From: Trypanosoma brucei
Taxonomy: Eukaryota
Length of the DNA stretch: 64,000 nucleotides
NCBI GenBank assembly: GCA_000002445.1
Contig: CM000208.1
Span: 1,952,001-2,016,000 of the forward strand
Reading direction: 5' to 3'
A model generated the notes under the pieces. The model saw nothing but the letters and a program-made list of their open reading frames with translations. It had not been told where the DNA came from and searched no databases. Made by a program: the position numbers and the translations under genes. Below are positions 52,903 through 63,483 of this stretch, in pieces; positions within the stretch are counted from its first letter, which is position 1; each line of letters begins with the position of its first letter.

Positions 52903-53808
52903 TCAGTTTTCCACCCTCGCCTCTTCGTTGAATTGTACCTCATCTGAGCCTTCGTCGAATTCTACAGGACTAAGTAAGGCGAAAGAAGAAAAGCCAGCGC
53001 GTTCGTTCTGCGGCACGCGCTCGAGGCGTGGCTCTTTCCTTGGTGGCTCCTGTGGAACGTTTTGCTCTTCTCTGAAGTGAACGTCATCATCTGTTTCCAG
53101 AATGCTTCGTGTAGGGAACTTCGCTTTCTCCGGACGCCGTGAGGAAGAAGCAGGCGGTTGTGCACGTTGGGCACTCGCTGCCTTTTCGGACCGGCCACCG
53201 TGAGTGCCTCCTCTTGCTTTGGCCGATAAGCGGCGTAATTCCATTATGAGGCGGCGGCGCGTTGCACACTTCAGTTCAGCGGGTCTGATCTGCTGGTGTT
53301 TGGGTGTTTCACCCCTTTTGCATCCCTCGTAACGGCATATTATCTCCCATAGTTGTCGACCGTGAGACTTACTTGCACTTCCACCAAGCCTCAACACCTC
53401 ACGTGGATCAGGTGGGTCGAGGGAGAGCTCCGTGACGAAAAGGTCCTCCATTGCAATTTCAATTCGGCGTGCCAAGGTGGAGAAGGGTGATTCCTCTCTA
53501 TTATAGTCGTAGCAATTTTGAACGACGAGACGCATGTCATTGATAAATGCAGATGGGGATGTGTACTCATATCTTGTGAGGCGAGCCTTAATGAGGTCCC
53601 ACCACATTGGGTGCGAAATAATCATCCGGTAGTCCGGTAGCTTGGAGGGGTCGCGGGCAAATATCCCGTCCCTGTCTAGATCCATTACCACATGTAGGAT
53701 ACTTCGGCACTGCTTATAAAAGCTTGTGTCAAGGTAGTGGTGCACTTCCAAATATTTACGCCTCACGCGAGTCCATAGCAGCTTCACTCTTCTAGTAGTA
53801 TCGGACAT
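52903..53808 (-). CDS. Bromodomain-containing protein (bromodomain factor)
   Basis: 301-aa ORF with a verified ATG at 53806-53808. The bromodomain core is FARDPSKLPDYRMIISHPMWWDLIKARL...YEY...AFINDMRLVVQNCYDYN. It has a basic, low-complexity C-terminus. Confidence 0.7.
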   Translation of the reverse strand: MSDTTRRVKLLWTRVRRKYLEVHHYLDTSFYKQCRSILHVVMDLDRDGIFARDPSKLPDYRMIISHPMWWDLIKARLTRYEYTSPSAFINDMRLVVQNCYDYNREESPFSTLARRIEIAMEDLFVTELSLDPPDPREVLRLGGSASKSHGRQLWEIICRYEGCKRGETPKHQQIRPAELKCATRRRLIMELRRLSAKARGGTHGGRSEKAASAQRAQPPASSSRRPEKAKFPTRSILETDDDVHFREEQNVPQEPPRKEPRLERVPQNERAGFSSFALLSPVEFDEGSDEVQFNEEARVEN

Positions 53809-54709
53809 CGTTATTCACGCCACCACCCGCAAGACATGAGCAGCAGCGGCAACCCAAGCAATTCTGCGTAACGAAAAGCACCTGGAAGATAAATAACAGA
53901 TATGGGGGGAAGAGCGACATTATATGATGAAATACCTCTCAAACTCTTCTTCGCACCAACTGGCCGGGAATTGATCTTCCACTGCCCGCGCACACTTCTG
54001 CATGTCAACGGAGGTGGGGATAAAAGAACAGGAGAAGGGGAGAAACGACAACGACCAATCTTTCGCTTTACCTTCCCGCGAGACCGTGCTCATGTGATTC
54101 CAGCGCACTACAGGCTGATGTACAAGAAGAATGCAAACAGCAATATAGAGAGAGGTACTAGAACTGCTCTCGCCCACGCTCTCAACCAAGTACGCGACTC
54201 CCCGTCGTCCACTAGCTTTGGTCTCAAACCAGATCCAGGTTGCCAATGGTTTGGGTAAAGATACTGTTCAGCGTACCACACATTACCGTCGACTTGATGA
54301 CCCTTTTCACAACTGATATCACAATATCCCAAACGCTCGCCTACAAAACGCCGGGTGCTTTCAAGGGCGGCGGAGACTCGTAACCGCCACGGCCCATTGC
54401 TACGTGCCTTCTCCGCAACTAGGACGGGCATTTTATCCCACAACCACGTTAAACTATGCACGGAAGACCCGCTCCCCCGCATTGTTTCAAGTAAAATAGA
54501 AGAACATAAAGGATAGAAAAGGATGGTTAGTGCAAATTCGACCCGGCGATAAAACAGGAACTCATGTCCTTGAGTGCCTTCCTATGTAGAGATTCGATGG
54601 TAGTGCGAAGAATAAAGGGAACGCCTCATCTTCTGTGCAGTTTTAGTCAATTAATATTCGCTGTCGACGCAGACAGGTCAACGCAGTGAAATAATCTATC
54701 ACCGTACAC

Positions 54710-57700
54710 CTAGAAAGTAAACCTGGAACTGGCACGATTCAGGGCAAGGTTGCACTGTTCGAGCAATCCCTCCGCAGCGCTCAATGCCCGGATACTGCGT
54801 TCATCACCGGGTTGGATGGCGACCTTGCTGATGCCCTCGCGCACCGTGTTTAGAGCGTTACCTAGAAAGTACATCTGAACGGAGCTGATGTGCGAAGCGA
54901 ACACCGCACGATGAAGAGCGGCAGCTAGCGAATGCACTAAGAACGCATCAGTAACTGCAGATTGGTCAAATGTTTCACAAGGAGCGGTAAGAAAGTCCCT
55001 TTTATCAAAAATCGCGGCGATCGTCGAGAATATTACGTTGTGCTCCACACCACAGTCGTAGAGAACGTCCACGGTCAGTGTGGACCCTTCAGGTGACCGC
55101 TGGAAGGCATATGCTTCCAATATCTTGACCACATGACACAGGGGAGAGGCGATCGTACGCATGCACTTTCCAATAACCCGCCTTGCTATCTCTTCCACAG
55201 TCGCATCTTTCCGCTGGAAACAGCGGTCGATGCACGCGGCGTGAAGCGATGAATCGGTCACGTTGGCCGCGTTCAGGACATCAAGTTGGACCTCCGCTCC
55301 GCCGTATGCGCAGAACATACCCGCAACTTGCAGCAGCTGAACAGTAGAGAGAACATGGTTCTCCACCATCTCCATCTGTTCCAATGCAATTTGCCGTTCC
55401 GTCATGAGACCCCGGCCATCCACTGCAACTCGCCTATCGAGATGAGAATGTCCGCTGTTGATAAATTCACAAATGATTTTAGACAGGTGAAGCTGTGCCT
55501 CCATTAACCCTATGCGCTGCTCAAGACTTTTGAGTTGATCTGATTTTGACTCTTCAGCGCTCCCCTTCGCCTCAGCCAGGCAGCGAAGCCTGTAGGAAAT
55601 TCGTTCTTCTCTTGGAATTCCTGTTAGCGGTGCGTGAACGACAGAAGCACAAACTTCGATGGCAAGGGCATGATTTTTTTTAGTCTTTCGCAAGTATCGA
55701 ACATATTGCTCCCCCAGAGTCGATATGTTGCGTTGAAGATACGCCTCGATAAATGGGGAATGCGCGGCCACTAACGTCTCTCTAAGCATTGCCTTGATGT
55801 GTGCATCGTCACGAGGCAAACACAACCAGTCGAATAGGTAACAATGAGCCAATTCGTCCGTAGGCTCGATCTGCCAGATAGCGCCGGAGGACAAAGGACC
55901 CCCAAGAAGGCCATCGACAGTACTACGGTGTGTGTTCCAAGCGTTCTCCAGAGTGCTGACAACCTCACCCAGCACCTTTAACTTCTGTTGGTAGGTGGAA
56001 CCGACAGCTGAGCTCACTGCCTGATTCAGATTGCCGCTTCTCTCCGCCAGGTAGGTCTTGAAAGCGGAGTTATTCGGATCCAATTGACACGCAGCGTGGA
56101 GTAGGAGTTTGACAGCAGTGCCCTCCTTTTTAAGCGCCCTCAGTTGCTGACATATATCAAGCAACGCCCCGGAGTACCACAATGAAGCGGCCATGACAGA
56201 GACAGATGATTCCCACTCTGCCATTTTACCCTCTGGAAACGCGTGGAAGTTTTCTCCATTGGCGGACAGTAACCTCTCAAGTTCGACCCGCACATTGTAT
56301 TCTTGCACATCGATGGAGTTGAAAAAGTACGGGCACTCCAGCTGCAGTTGCATCACTGAACCAACGCCGTCCTGCGGCAAATAACCTGCGCCCTTTTCGG
56401 AGGAAAGCACCACTTTTCCAACGTGCCGCGCCATGCGGTGTGCCACTGATTGGTCGCTCACAATTTGTGCTACTGTTACCTTACCATCTTCCGCCATTGG
56501 CGGGACGGCAGCCGTCTGTTTCAGAAATTTGATTGTCTGTAAGACTCGCTCACATAAAGTGTGAGAGGAGCACAGAAGCGCAGACTGCAACATCTTGATG
56601 TCGTATGATGATATCGACGACCGATGGGGTGGAAGCACCAGCGTTACCTTTCCTTTGTCCCACTGGAACGGTACAGCCGGCTGGACAAATTTGTCGGACC
56701 ACACGTCTCTCTTCAGGCTGTTCAACAATCGAACTACAGAGGAGAGTGCCGTTTCCACAACCGCCAATTCACGCATTGTAACACCTTCCAACGCCGTATT
56801 CCACACGGCGTAGAGAGCCCTTGAAATATATGCCAAAACGCCCGAGGCGAAAGGCGATACTTGAACGACAATGTGGCGGGTACCGTCGTCGGGGCCTGGT
56901 CCTTCATACCAACTCGGCGCCATTGCACTACGGAGTATCTCACGTGCAATTCTCTGAACCTCTTGAGAGGGCGTTTCGTTCAGCTGGCGGCCTAATTGCT
57001 CTACCGACAGAGGAATCTGTGACTTGCCGTTACCCTTCCCTGCCGGAGAAAAGGATGCGTTTGCATCACCTCTCTCGACGTATGGACCATCTACTGTGAC
57101 CGGCACATTCGTGCAACCAACAGCAATTTGTACAAGCATACAGCAATAGTCCGACGCGCTATAAATAGAAGAAAGCCGTTGAAGGAGACTGTCACGCACT
57201 TGTTCGCTTGACGACGCGATTATCATGTGGAGTGTATCCACGGGTCGGAGTTTTATGAAAGTTGAAACTCCATGGCGATGAAGAAAAACAAACTGCCTTG
57301 GGGAACATGAAACCTGAGAGCACAACTCGTTGGGACTCACACCGCCTTCTACGGGAACCTCAGAAATAGCGTCAACTCGTGTCATGCATGTTGCTTCTGG
57401 CTCAAACTGGGCGACGATGTCACGACAGTTGTGATGCGGCTGCAATATCCCCTTGTGTGAAGAAGCCACAGTCACAGAATCGGGCGAATAACCTCCTTCC
57501 GACTTTTCTGCGTGGCATACAACTGAGATTCCTTCGGAAGCAAAGCAAACGGTAACCTCACGGCCTTGGGGAATGTACGACCCCAAGCTCTCGCGCAGGG
57601 AAAGACTAGCGTCGGCACCACCCCACAAACCGTCTTGGCAGACATAGCGGTACTGTTCCCCATTAGCTGCAACGGCAATAAGCGAACAGCTGTCATCGGA

Positions 57701-58687
57701 TGACGTAGCGCAAAATATCCTGGCAAGTTCAACACCCGCTCCTCCCGACCACACTGATGTCCGATTGGTTCCCCCCAAAGCCCCCCCTCTGACTGTGGCC
57801 AGCTGACTTAGGCCATCGTTCGTTATCCTCCACAATGAAATTGTGCTCTCAGAATTCAGGGTAAACAGGAGCTTACGCTTCGCCTCTATGGCGACGTCGC
57901 GCAGTGCAGGTCTCTCTTTCGCCCATGTCTGTTTAATCGCACTGATCAATGAGCTTACGGCTCCCAGAACCGGAACACTACCAAACATTAGTGAACAATT
58001 AACGAGCCTAAGTTTCGGAAGGAAAGCTGTGTCCTCCTTTGCGTACTTAACCTCGTAGAGACACCCATCTGCGCCTGCAGCAAAGATCCTACCCAGCTCT
58101 TTGACACCAACAAGCTTTGTAAAGAGCGCCGGTGCCATCACAGAGAATCCAAGGCTCACCACGTAGAGTTCCGCCTTCTTCAAAGGACCACCTCCAAAAA
58201 CACATAACCCCAGTAGATGAACTGCTTTTGGGGTTGACACTGGGAGAACATAGGTGATGTGAGCTTGAAAAACGCCGGCAATGGGTAAGACGGGGGTTCC
58301 AACGGCTACGATAAGCTCAGGCACTTCATCGAAGAGAAAGAAGTCCCTCCCCGTCCCAAAATTCCACAAAAGCAGCTTGTTGTCAATCGTTATCCATGCC
58401 CTTGAAAGTTCTGGGAATAGACCAACAGTGGAATTCGCCCTGAATGTTTTCCACACGGCCTTGACAGCTTCCGGCCAAGTTACCCCCGTTAGTGGAAGAA
58501 ATGCCGGAAGCGTGGAAGACGTGTCAAATGTGGTGAGAGCAAATGGGTGGGAAGAGACGTGACCGCATGGCGAAATAGTGTTGTCTTTGCTAATCGCAGC
58601 GGAACGGATCTCCGCACTGATAATTTCCTCAACTGCTCTCTTTGTGGCGTCCTCTATCCTACTCGGGTTATCATCTCGTACTTCCAT
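54710..58687 (-). CDS. Nucleoporin Nup155/Nup170/Nup157-like (beta-propeller plus alpha-solenoid scaffold nucleoporin)
   Basis: The track start is GTG at 58771, and the first ATG is at 58685-58687 (MEVRDDNPSR...), giving about 1325 aa. The N-terminal signature GLFPELSRAWITIDNKLLLWNF matches the Nup155 family motif GLFPEIxRAWxTIDNxLFLW. The size is consistent with a kinetoplastid Nup144-type protein. Confidence 0.6.
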   Translation of the reverse strand: MEVRDDNPSRIEDATKRAVEEIISAEIRSAAISKDNTISPCGHVSSHPFALTTFDTSSTLPAFLPLTGVTWPEAVKAVWKTFRANSTVGLFPELSRAWITIDNKLLLWNFGTGRDFFLFDEVPELIVAVGTPVLPIAGVFQAHITYVLPVSTPKAVHLLGLCVFGGGPLKKAELYVVSLGFSVMAPALFTKLVGVKELGRIFAAGADGCLYEVKYAKEDTAFLPKLRLVNCSLMFGSVPVLGAVSSLISAIKQTWAKERPALRDVAIEAKRKLLFTLNSESTISLWRITNDGLSQLATVRGGALGGTNRTSVWSGGAGVELARIFCATSSDDSCSLIAVAANGEQYRYVCQDGLWGGADASLSLRESLGSYIPQGREVTVCFASEGISVVCHAEKSEGGYSPDSVTVASSHKGILQPHHNCRDIVAQFEPEATCMTRVDAISEVPVEGGVSPNELCSQVSCSPRQFVFLHRHGVSTFIKLRPVDTLHMIIASSSEQVRDSLLQRLSSIYSASDYCCMLVQIAVGCTNVPVTVDGPYVERGDANASFSPAGKGNGKSQIPLSVEQLGRQLNETPSQEVQRIAREILRSAMAPSWYEGPGPDDGTRHIVVQVSPFASGVLAYISRALYAVWNTALEGVTMRELAVVETALSSVVRLLNSLKRDVWSDKFVQPAVPFQWDKGKVTLVLPPHRSSISSYDIKMLQSALLCSSHTLCERVLQTIKFLKQTAAVPPMAEDGKVTVAQIVSDQSVAHRMARHVGKVVLSSEKGAGYLPQDGVGSVMQLQLECPYFFNSIDVQEYNVRVELERLLSANGENFHAFPEGKMAEWESSVSVMAASLWYSGALLDICQQLRALKKEGTAVKLLLHAACQLDPNNSAFKTYLAERSGNLNQAVSSAVGSTYQQKLKVLGEVVSTLENAWNTHRSTVDGLLGGPLSSGAIWQIEPTDELAHCYLFDWLCLPRDDAHIKAMLRETLVAAHSPFIEAYLQRNISTLGEQYVRYLRKTKKNHALAIEVCASVVHAPLTGIPREERISYRLRCLAEAKGSAEESKSDQLKSLEQRIGLMEAQLHLSKIICEFINSGHSHLDRRVAVDGRGLMTERQIALEQMEMVENHVLSTVQLLQVAGMFCAYGGAEVQLDVLNAANVTDSSLHAACIDRCFQRKDATVEEIARRVIGKCMRTIASPLCHVVKILEAYAFQRSPEGSTLTVDVLYDCGVEHNVIFSTIAAIFDKRDFLTAPCETFDQSAVTDAFLVHSLAAALHRAVFASHISSVQMYFLGNALNTVREGISKVAIQPGDERSIRALSAAEGLLEQCNLALNRASSRFTF

Positions 58688-58888
58688 CCTTTCTTTGCGC
58701 TTACCAACAAAAACCTTAACAAATATCCCGGCTAAGAAGACAGCATTAACGAGAAGAGGGGGAAGGTCCACAAAGACTACTCACAGGCGGAGATCCACCC
58801 ACATGCACACAAAAAAGGAGAAGAGCACTCATGCCGGTCAAAATCTGTAACTTTCGTGTTCCATGTTCTTCCAGCAAATATTAGGGTT

Positions 58889-61800
58889 CTAAAGCAGCCG
58901 CTCCAAGGAGACGTCAGTATCCGAGTCGGGTTCGGGTTCGTTTAGAAATTTCTTGTAGTCAACAGACGATGACAGAAACGAAGGATCACCCGCCAGCCTC
59001 TCAGACTTTGCAGTCAGTGAATTCTTGGGATTGCACATGTCCTCTCGCTGTGGCGTCCCGGTGGAAGATCCACCGGTCCCGGCAGCGGTCGGGGGCCGCC
59101 GACGAGAAAAACGCATGGCCGAGGAAGTTCTTGCAGCAGGCCCAAGCACCATTGAAGTCGAACCCCTTGATGCAACCCGACCCTCGAGGGCCGCGCCCCG
59201 ATGGTTGAAAGCCACAACATCACCGGTGGCAGTTGGTCGCCAGCGACGTGACAACCGCGTCGATGAGGATCCTCTGGCACTCAAAATCGAACGCCTGGAA
59301 GTCGCCACCGGCGAACATGACTGACAACTGGTGCCGTCTGTTGAAGGTGGGGCGTGAGCAAACAGAGCATCGGAGGCAATACCACTTGCCGATGATCTGT
59401 GCAATATTGGTGCTGTCGAAGACGCTCGTTCAACTGATGTTGAAGCCCTAGAGCTCATTGGCATCGGCCCCACAAAGGCACCACTGGCACTTTTACCCTG
59501 CTGGAGGGGGACGGGTGCCTTAGCGGCGGCAGCGGCATCAGTTGGCGAACATCTATATAGCACACGCGCAGGTGGAGAACTTCTGCCAACAGGAACCGAG
59601 GCCCTGGTAGTGGGAACCTGTGGTGCCGTGCGAGGTCCTGCAGCTGACGATAGTCGATTGGGAAGAGGTGATTGACCCGCCATCACTGATGAGTACCGGC
59701 TCGGCACGCGAAGTGGCGGAGGCGGCCTTCCGCCTGGTGTTGGGGCCCTGGACGCCAGCTGCTGGGGCGCTACCGATTCAGAGGTGTGTACTGTTGACAC
59801 GTTGGCCGCGTTCAAGTGCTCAACGGTGGTGGCGCCTTGGCCACTCGGCTCCACGTTTGGTGCCACTGTCTCGTTTTCCGTGGTGGTTGGGGCACCAGGA
59901 ACATGATCCTGCAACACGGGTGATTCTCCACCGTTCACTTCTGACGGGTGTACTGTAGAAGCAAGACCACCACTGGCGGTTGTTGGGGACTTGTATCGCA
60001 CACGCGCAGGTGGAGAACTTCTGCCAACAGGAACCGAGGCCCTGGTAGTGGGAACCTGTGGTGCCGTGCGAGGTCCTGCAGCTGACGATAGTCGATTGGG
60101 AAGAGGTGATTGACCCGCCATCACTGATGAGTACCGGCTCGGCACGCGAAGTGGCGGAGGCGGCCTTCCGCCTGGTGTTGGGGCCCTGGACGCCAGCTGC
60201 TGGGGCGCTACCGATTCAGAGGTGTGTACTGTTGACACGTTGGCCGCGTTCAAGTGCTCAACGGTGGTGGCGCCTTGGCCACTCGGCTCCACGTTTGGTG
60301 CCACTGTCCCGTTTTCCGTGGTGGTTGGGGCACCAGGAACATGATCCTGCAGCACCGGTGATTCTCCAGCGTTCACTTCTAGTCTGACAACAGGTGCATG
60401 GTCCGCAGTCGTTAAGGGGCGCTGACGTAGTTCACGTACGGCCGGGGATCTCCTCCCACCTGAGGTTGAGGCCCTAGACACTAGAACCCTTGGCGTTAAG
60501 CGGTTGTCCACGTGTGGAGTCGACGAACTTGGAGCGGGAGGATCGGCAACACTCGGGTTACCTTCCACAAGTTCTTCGACAATGGGCACCAGACTCCTAC
60601 CATTGTCTGATGCAGCAGAGACTAAAAGTTGCGAGCTTGAAAGACTGTTTGCAGCACCTGGAGGCGGCCTACTAAGCATCGTAACACCGGTAGCGGCATC
60701 GGTCAATGATAATGTGCACGAATCCTGGAGAACTGACGAATCTTTTTCTAAGGAGTTAGAAACCACTGAGACCTGCGTCTGACTGGTCACGCGTGTTCGA
60801 GTGTTCGCCTTCATCCGGCTGGAGGTAGGCTGTTGGGTAGCGAAGACTGATGATTGCCGACGTAACACCCGCACCGCCGGGGGCCCTCTATCACGTGGGG
60901 TTGAAACCGCGGGGGCCTCGGTGTGCGCTACCTCGCGATTGTCCGCGCTTGCAGCCCCGATGTCGGGTCCGAAAGCATTTTCGTCAATAGGGACAGCTTG
61001 AGGGGAGCCTGAAAACAGCCTAGGAGTCACGGCATTCGTTGAAAACAGGGTTTCCTGTGAAACTTCACTTCTGTCTTTATCGTCTGTTTCGTCCGTTGCC
61101 TCTCTCTCCGAAGCAATATCTGCGTACGTATTGGCAAAGCTTTGTTGTATCAGAGACGTATTCGGTGTTTGACCATCCTGAAGCGTAAGTGTGAGCGCGC
61201 TCTGAGTAACTTCCGGAAGTTGCTTATCCTCCCCGGCGGCGCTTGCCGCCGTCTCATAATGAAAAGAGTTCATGTACGGCATGAGACTTCCGTTGGCATG
61301 GATTGACGAACCCCCATGCCCCCTTTCTGGGTAAAAGGAATCGTTTGGGCCATTGTCGCCGACAAAGTAGCCGCGCTCGGTGTTCACGCTTGCGTCCACT
61401 AACAATTTAGCGTTTTCTGGTGCTTCGCTACTTATGAAGATAAGTGGCACATCACAGCCACGTCGCAAGTATATTAACTTGTGCACGCATCTGAGGGTCC
61501 TCGTGTCGCCAAAAAAAACGTCAGTTATGGACCCGTGATTACCCCGAATACGGAGTACGTTCTGGTGGAGCTCCACTTGAAGGTCACAAAGCGGGAACTC
61601 GGCCAAGCGGGTGCGTGACATGAAGGTGAGGAAAACCAACGAGGCTCTTTCGAACATGAGGGCACCCTGGACACAACCACTGCTCTCTTCATGCGTCGAC
61701 GTCGTAACGTTGGTGGTTAACCGAATGTTCTCGGTAAATAAGATACTATGGGCACAGCGGAGCTCAGCTGCAGACAGGCTGTCTGTGCGGCTCATCTCAA

Positions 61801-62500
61801 CGTCGTCCACCTTGTGCTGCTGCTGCTGCTGCTGCTGAGACTTCAGTTCCTTCTTTGCCTCATAAAGCAACTCTTCAAGATGTTTCACGCGCTCTGTCAT
61901 GCGTTCATACTCCATGGTACTAAAGCACTGTGAATTTTCCACGCTAGTTTGGTTGGGTGGCACTCTGATTATTACTGACTCCCTGCGTTCCTCCAAGGCA
62001 TGATCAATGGTTTTGAAGGTGCCCCGCTGGGCCGGTGACTTCCTGCGAGCTTTCTTACATGCCTCAATGATTTGGAGATACTCCTCTTGTGAGCGAACCC
62101 CAACCTCCAGTTTCCAGCCATAACTTACGGCCAGTGCTGCATGGTAACCCATAGCCCGCGCCGTGTCATATTCCTGAGTTGTAACGGGCACGCCATCGAT
62201 GGTAGTGACCGAAAATCCAACTGCGAGGAGCACCATTACGCGGTGAAGTGGGTGGGCTGCGATGGGATTCCCCTCCAGGTCAATAACAAGCAGCGACGGC
62301 TGCCTGGTTAGACCCATGAAACTCTCAATCATGTTGTTTTCAAGCCGTAGCTCGAGCAATTTGGGGTGCGTGCCGAAGTGCTCAAAGTTTTGGAGGCAGT
62401 TGTCACGGAGGTCAATCGAAACGTAGTCATACCCTTGGTCTTTGATACCCCAGAAGGTGGTTATTTTCTCACCACGGGCATCCAGACGCGACCCGCTCAT
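58889..62500 (-). CDS. Leucine-rich-repeat protein with a long Ser/Pro/Thr/Ala-rich low-complexity region containing a 146-aa tandem duplication and a polyQ run
   Basis: The track start is TTG at 62518, and the first ATG is at 62498-62500 (MSGSRLDARGEK...). LRR-like N-terminus: LELRLENNMIESFMGL...LLVIDLEGNPI. Residues about 700-1000 are two near-identical copies of ESPVLQDHVPGAPTTTEN...SSPPARV. There is a QQQQQQQ run. Confidence 0.55.
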   Translation of the reverse strand: MSGSRLDARGEKITTFWGIKDQGYDYVSIDLRDNCLQNFEHFGTHPKLLELRLENNMIESFMGLTRQPSLLVIDLEGNPIAAHPLHRVMVLLAVGFSVTTIDGVPVTTQEYDTARAMGYHAALAVSYGWKLEVGVRSQEEYLQIIEACKKARRKSPAQRGTFKTIDHALEERRESVIIRVPPNQTSVENSQCFSTMEYERMTERVKHLEELLYEAKKELKSQQQQQQQHKVDDVEMSRTDSLSAAELRCAHSILFTENIRLTTNVTTSTHEESSGCVQGALMFERASLVFLTFMSRTRLAEFPLCDLQVELHQNVLRIRGNHGSITDVFFGDTRTLRCVHKLIYLRRGCDVPLIFISSEAPENAKLLVDASVNTERGYFVGDNGPNDSFYPERGHGGSSIHANGSLMPYMNSFHYETAASAAGEDKQLPEVTQSALTLTLQDGQTPNTSLIQQSFANTYADIASEREATDETDDKDRSEVSQETLFSTNAVTPRLFSGSPQAVPIDENAFGPDIGAASADNREVAHTEAPAVSTPRDRGPPAVRVLRRQSSVFATQQPTSSRMKANTRTRVTSQTQVSVVSNSLEKDSSVLQDSCTLSLTDAATGVTMLSRPPPGAANSLSSSQLLVSAASDNGRSLVPIVEELVEGNPSVADPPAPSSSTPHVDNRLTPRVLVSRASTSGGRRSPAVRELRQRPLTTADHAPVVRLEVNAGESPVLQDHVPGAPTTTENGTVAPNVEPSGQGATTVEHLNAANVSTVHTSESVAPQQLASRAPTPGGRPPPPLRVPSRYSSVMAGQSPLPNRLSSAAGPRTAPQVPTTRASVPVGRSSPPARVRYKSPTTASGGLASTVHPSEVNGGESPVLQDHVPGAPTTTENETVAPNVEPSGQGATTVEHLNAANVSTVHTSESVAPQQLASRAPTPGGRPPPPLRVPSRYSSVMAGQSPLPNRLSSAAGPRTAPQVPTTRASVPVGRSSPPARVLYRCSPTDAAAAAKAPVPLQQGKSASGAFVGPMPMSSRASTSVERASSTAPILHRSSASGIASDALFAHAPPSTDGTSCQSCSPVATSRRSILSARGSSSTRLSRRWRPTATGDVVAFNHRGAALEGRVASRGSTSMVLGPAARTSSAMRFSRRRPPTAAGTGGSSTGTPQREDMCNPKNSLTAKSERLAGDPSFLSSSVDYKKFLNEPEPDSDTDVSLERLL
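59560..60391. repeat. Near-perfect tandem duplication with a 438-bp period (two copies of about 394 bp separated by a 44-bp divergent junction) inside the LRR-protein coding sequence
   Basis: Segments 59560-59953 and 59998-60391 are identical apart from a handful of substitutions. The two plus-strand track ORFs (59620..59958 and 60058..60387) have the same first 97 amino acids. Confidence 0.85.
61815..61838. repeat. (CTG/CAG)7 trinucleotide repeat encoding polyQ in the LRR-protein gene
   Basis: tgctgctgctgctgctgctgctg on the plus strand, which is CAG on the coding strand. Confidence 0.9.
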
Positions 62501-63483
62501 TGCAGCTATATCACACAATCAAGCAAAAGAATGGAGAGCAGAAGCAAACAAAGGGTCTATTGTTTACCGGCACATATAACCGCGTCGGCGACGCAATGAA
62601 CCGATCGGCCTATCCCGTGCAAAATAAAGAGAAGGTAGCGTGTATGCGTGTGAGGGTAGCAAGCTGGTAATTAGCTATCAACAACTCTCCTACCGCAAAC
62701 CGTAACAGTGCTTGTTCTTGTCATGAGGCTGGTAACGCGACACACTAAATGACGATACCAGTCACCTTTTGCAGGTCACAGTCTCCCGTACAACCTCCTG
62801 CCGCCTCCGCTTCATCCCATCGAACACAGGGCGGTAGTACAGTTGCTGCGTTACTTCGTGACAATTTGGCCTTCCCTCATCGTGCCGCCGCAAGGTACGT
62901 CTCCGTCACACACTAACCGAAGACAAGCGTCGTCACAAAGAGGACGTGGGTGTGGTGACACCGCCTCCACTACATGCGTATGGACTTCCGGTACACCTAC
63001 AACGGCTACTGCTTCCAAAACTCAGCTAATTCACCTCGGAGGCAGGGCTATCAGTAAAAGATTCGCATTTAGGTCATTCTACCCTGGTTCAATTTTACAA
63101 AAATGTTAGAATCTGGAATGGACCAGAGCGTAGCATCATAAAGGGTGCAGCAAGGGGGGGGAAGGCGCTGAAAAACACATCTGCACGATCGTAAGTGGGT
63201 ACGGCTAATATGGCGACCTCTCACCCTTCACGCAGAGCTGAGAACAAACATATATCCTCCTTATGTAGTTTTTAATATCCTCCTCTTCCTTCCTCTTCTC
63301 TTAAGTGGTTTAGCGCTCTCTTCACAAGATCAAAATAAAACAAAAACAAAATAAAAAAAAGTATCCCGTAGAGGCACGAGTTCAGAATATGCCTACCAAG
63401 ATCTATCCACTACGAGGCAACAGCGCTTGACGCGTAAGGACGACCTCCTCCCACTACACCGTATCTGTGCCGCACGCCACCTC

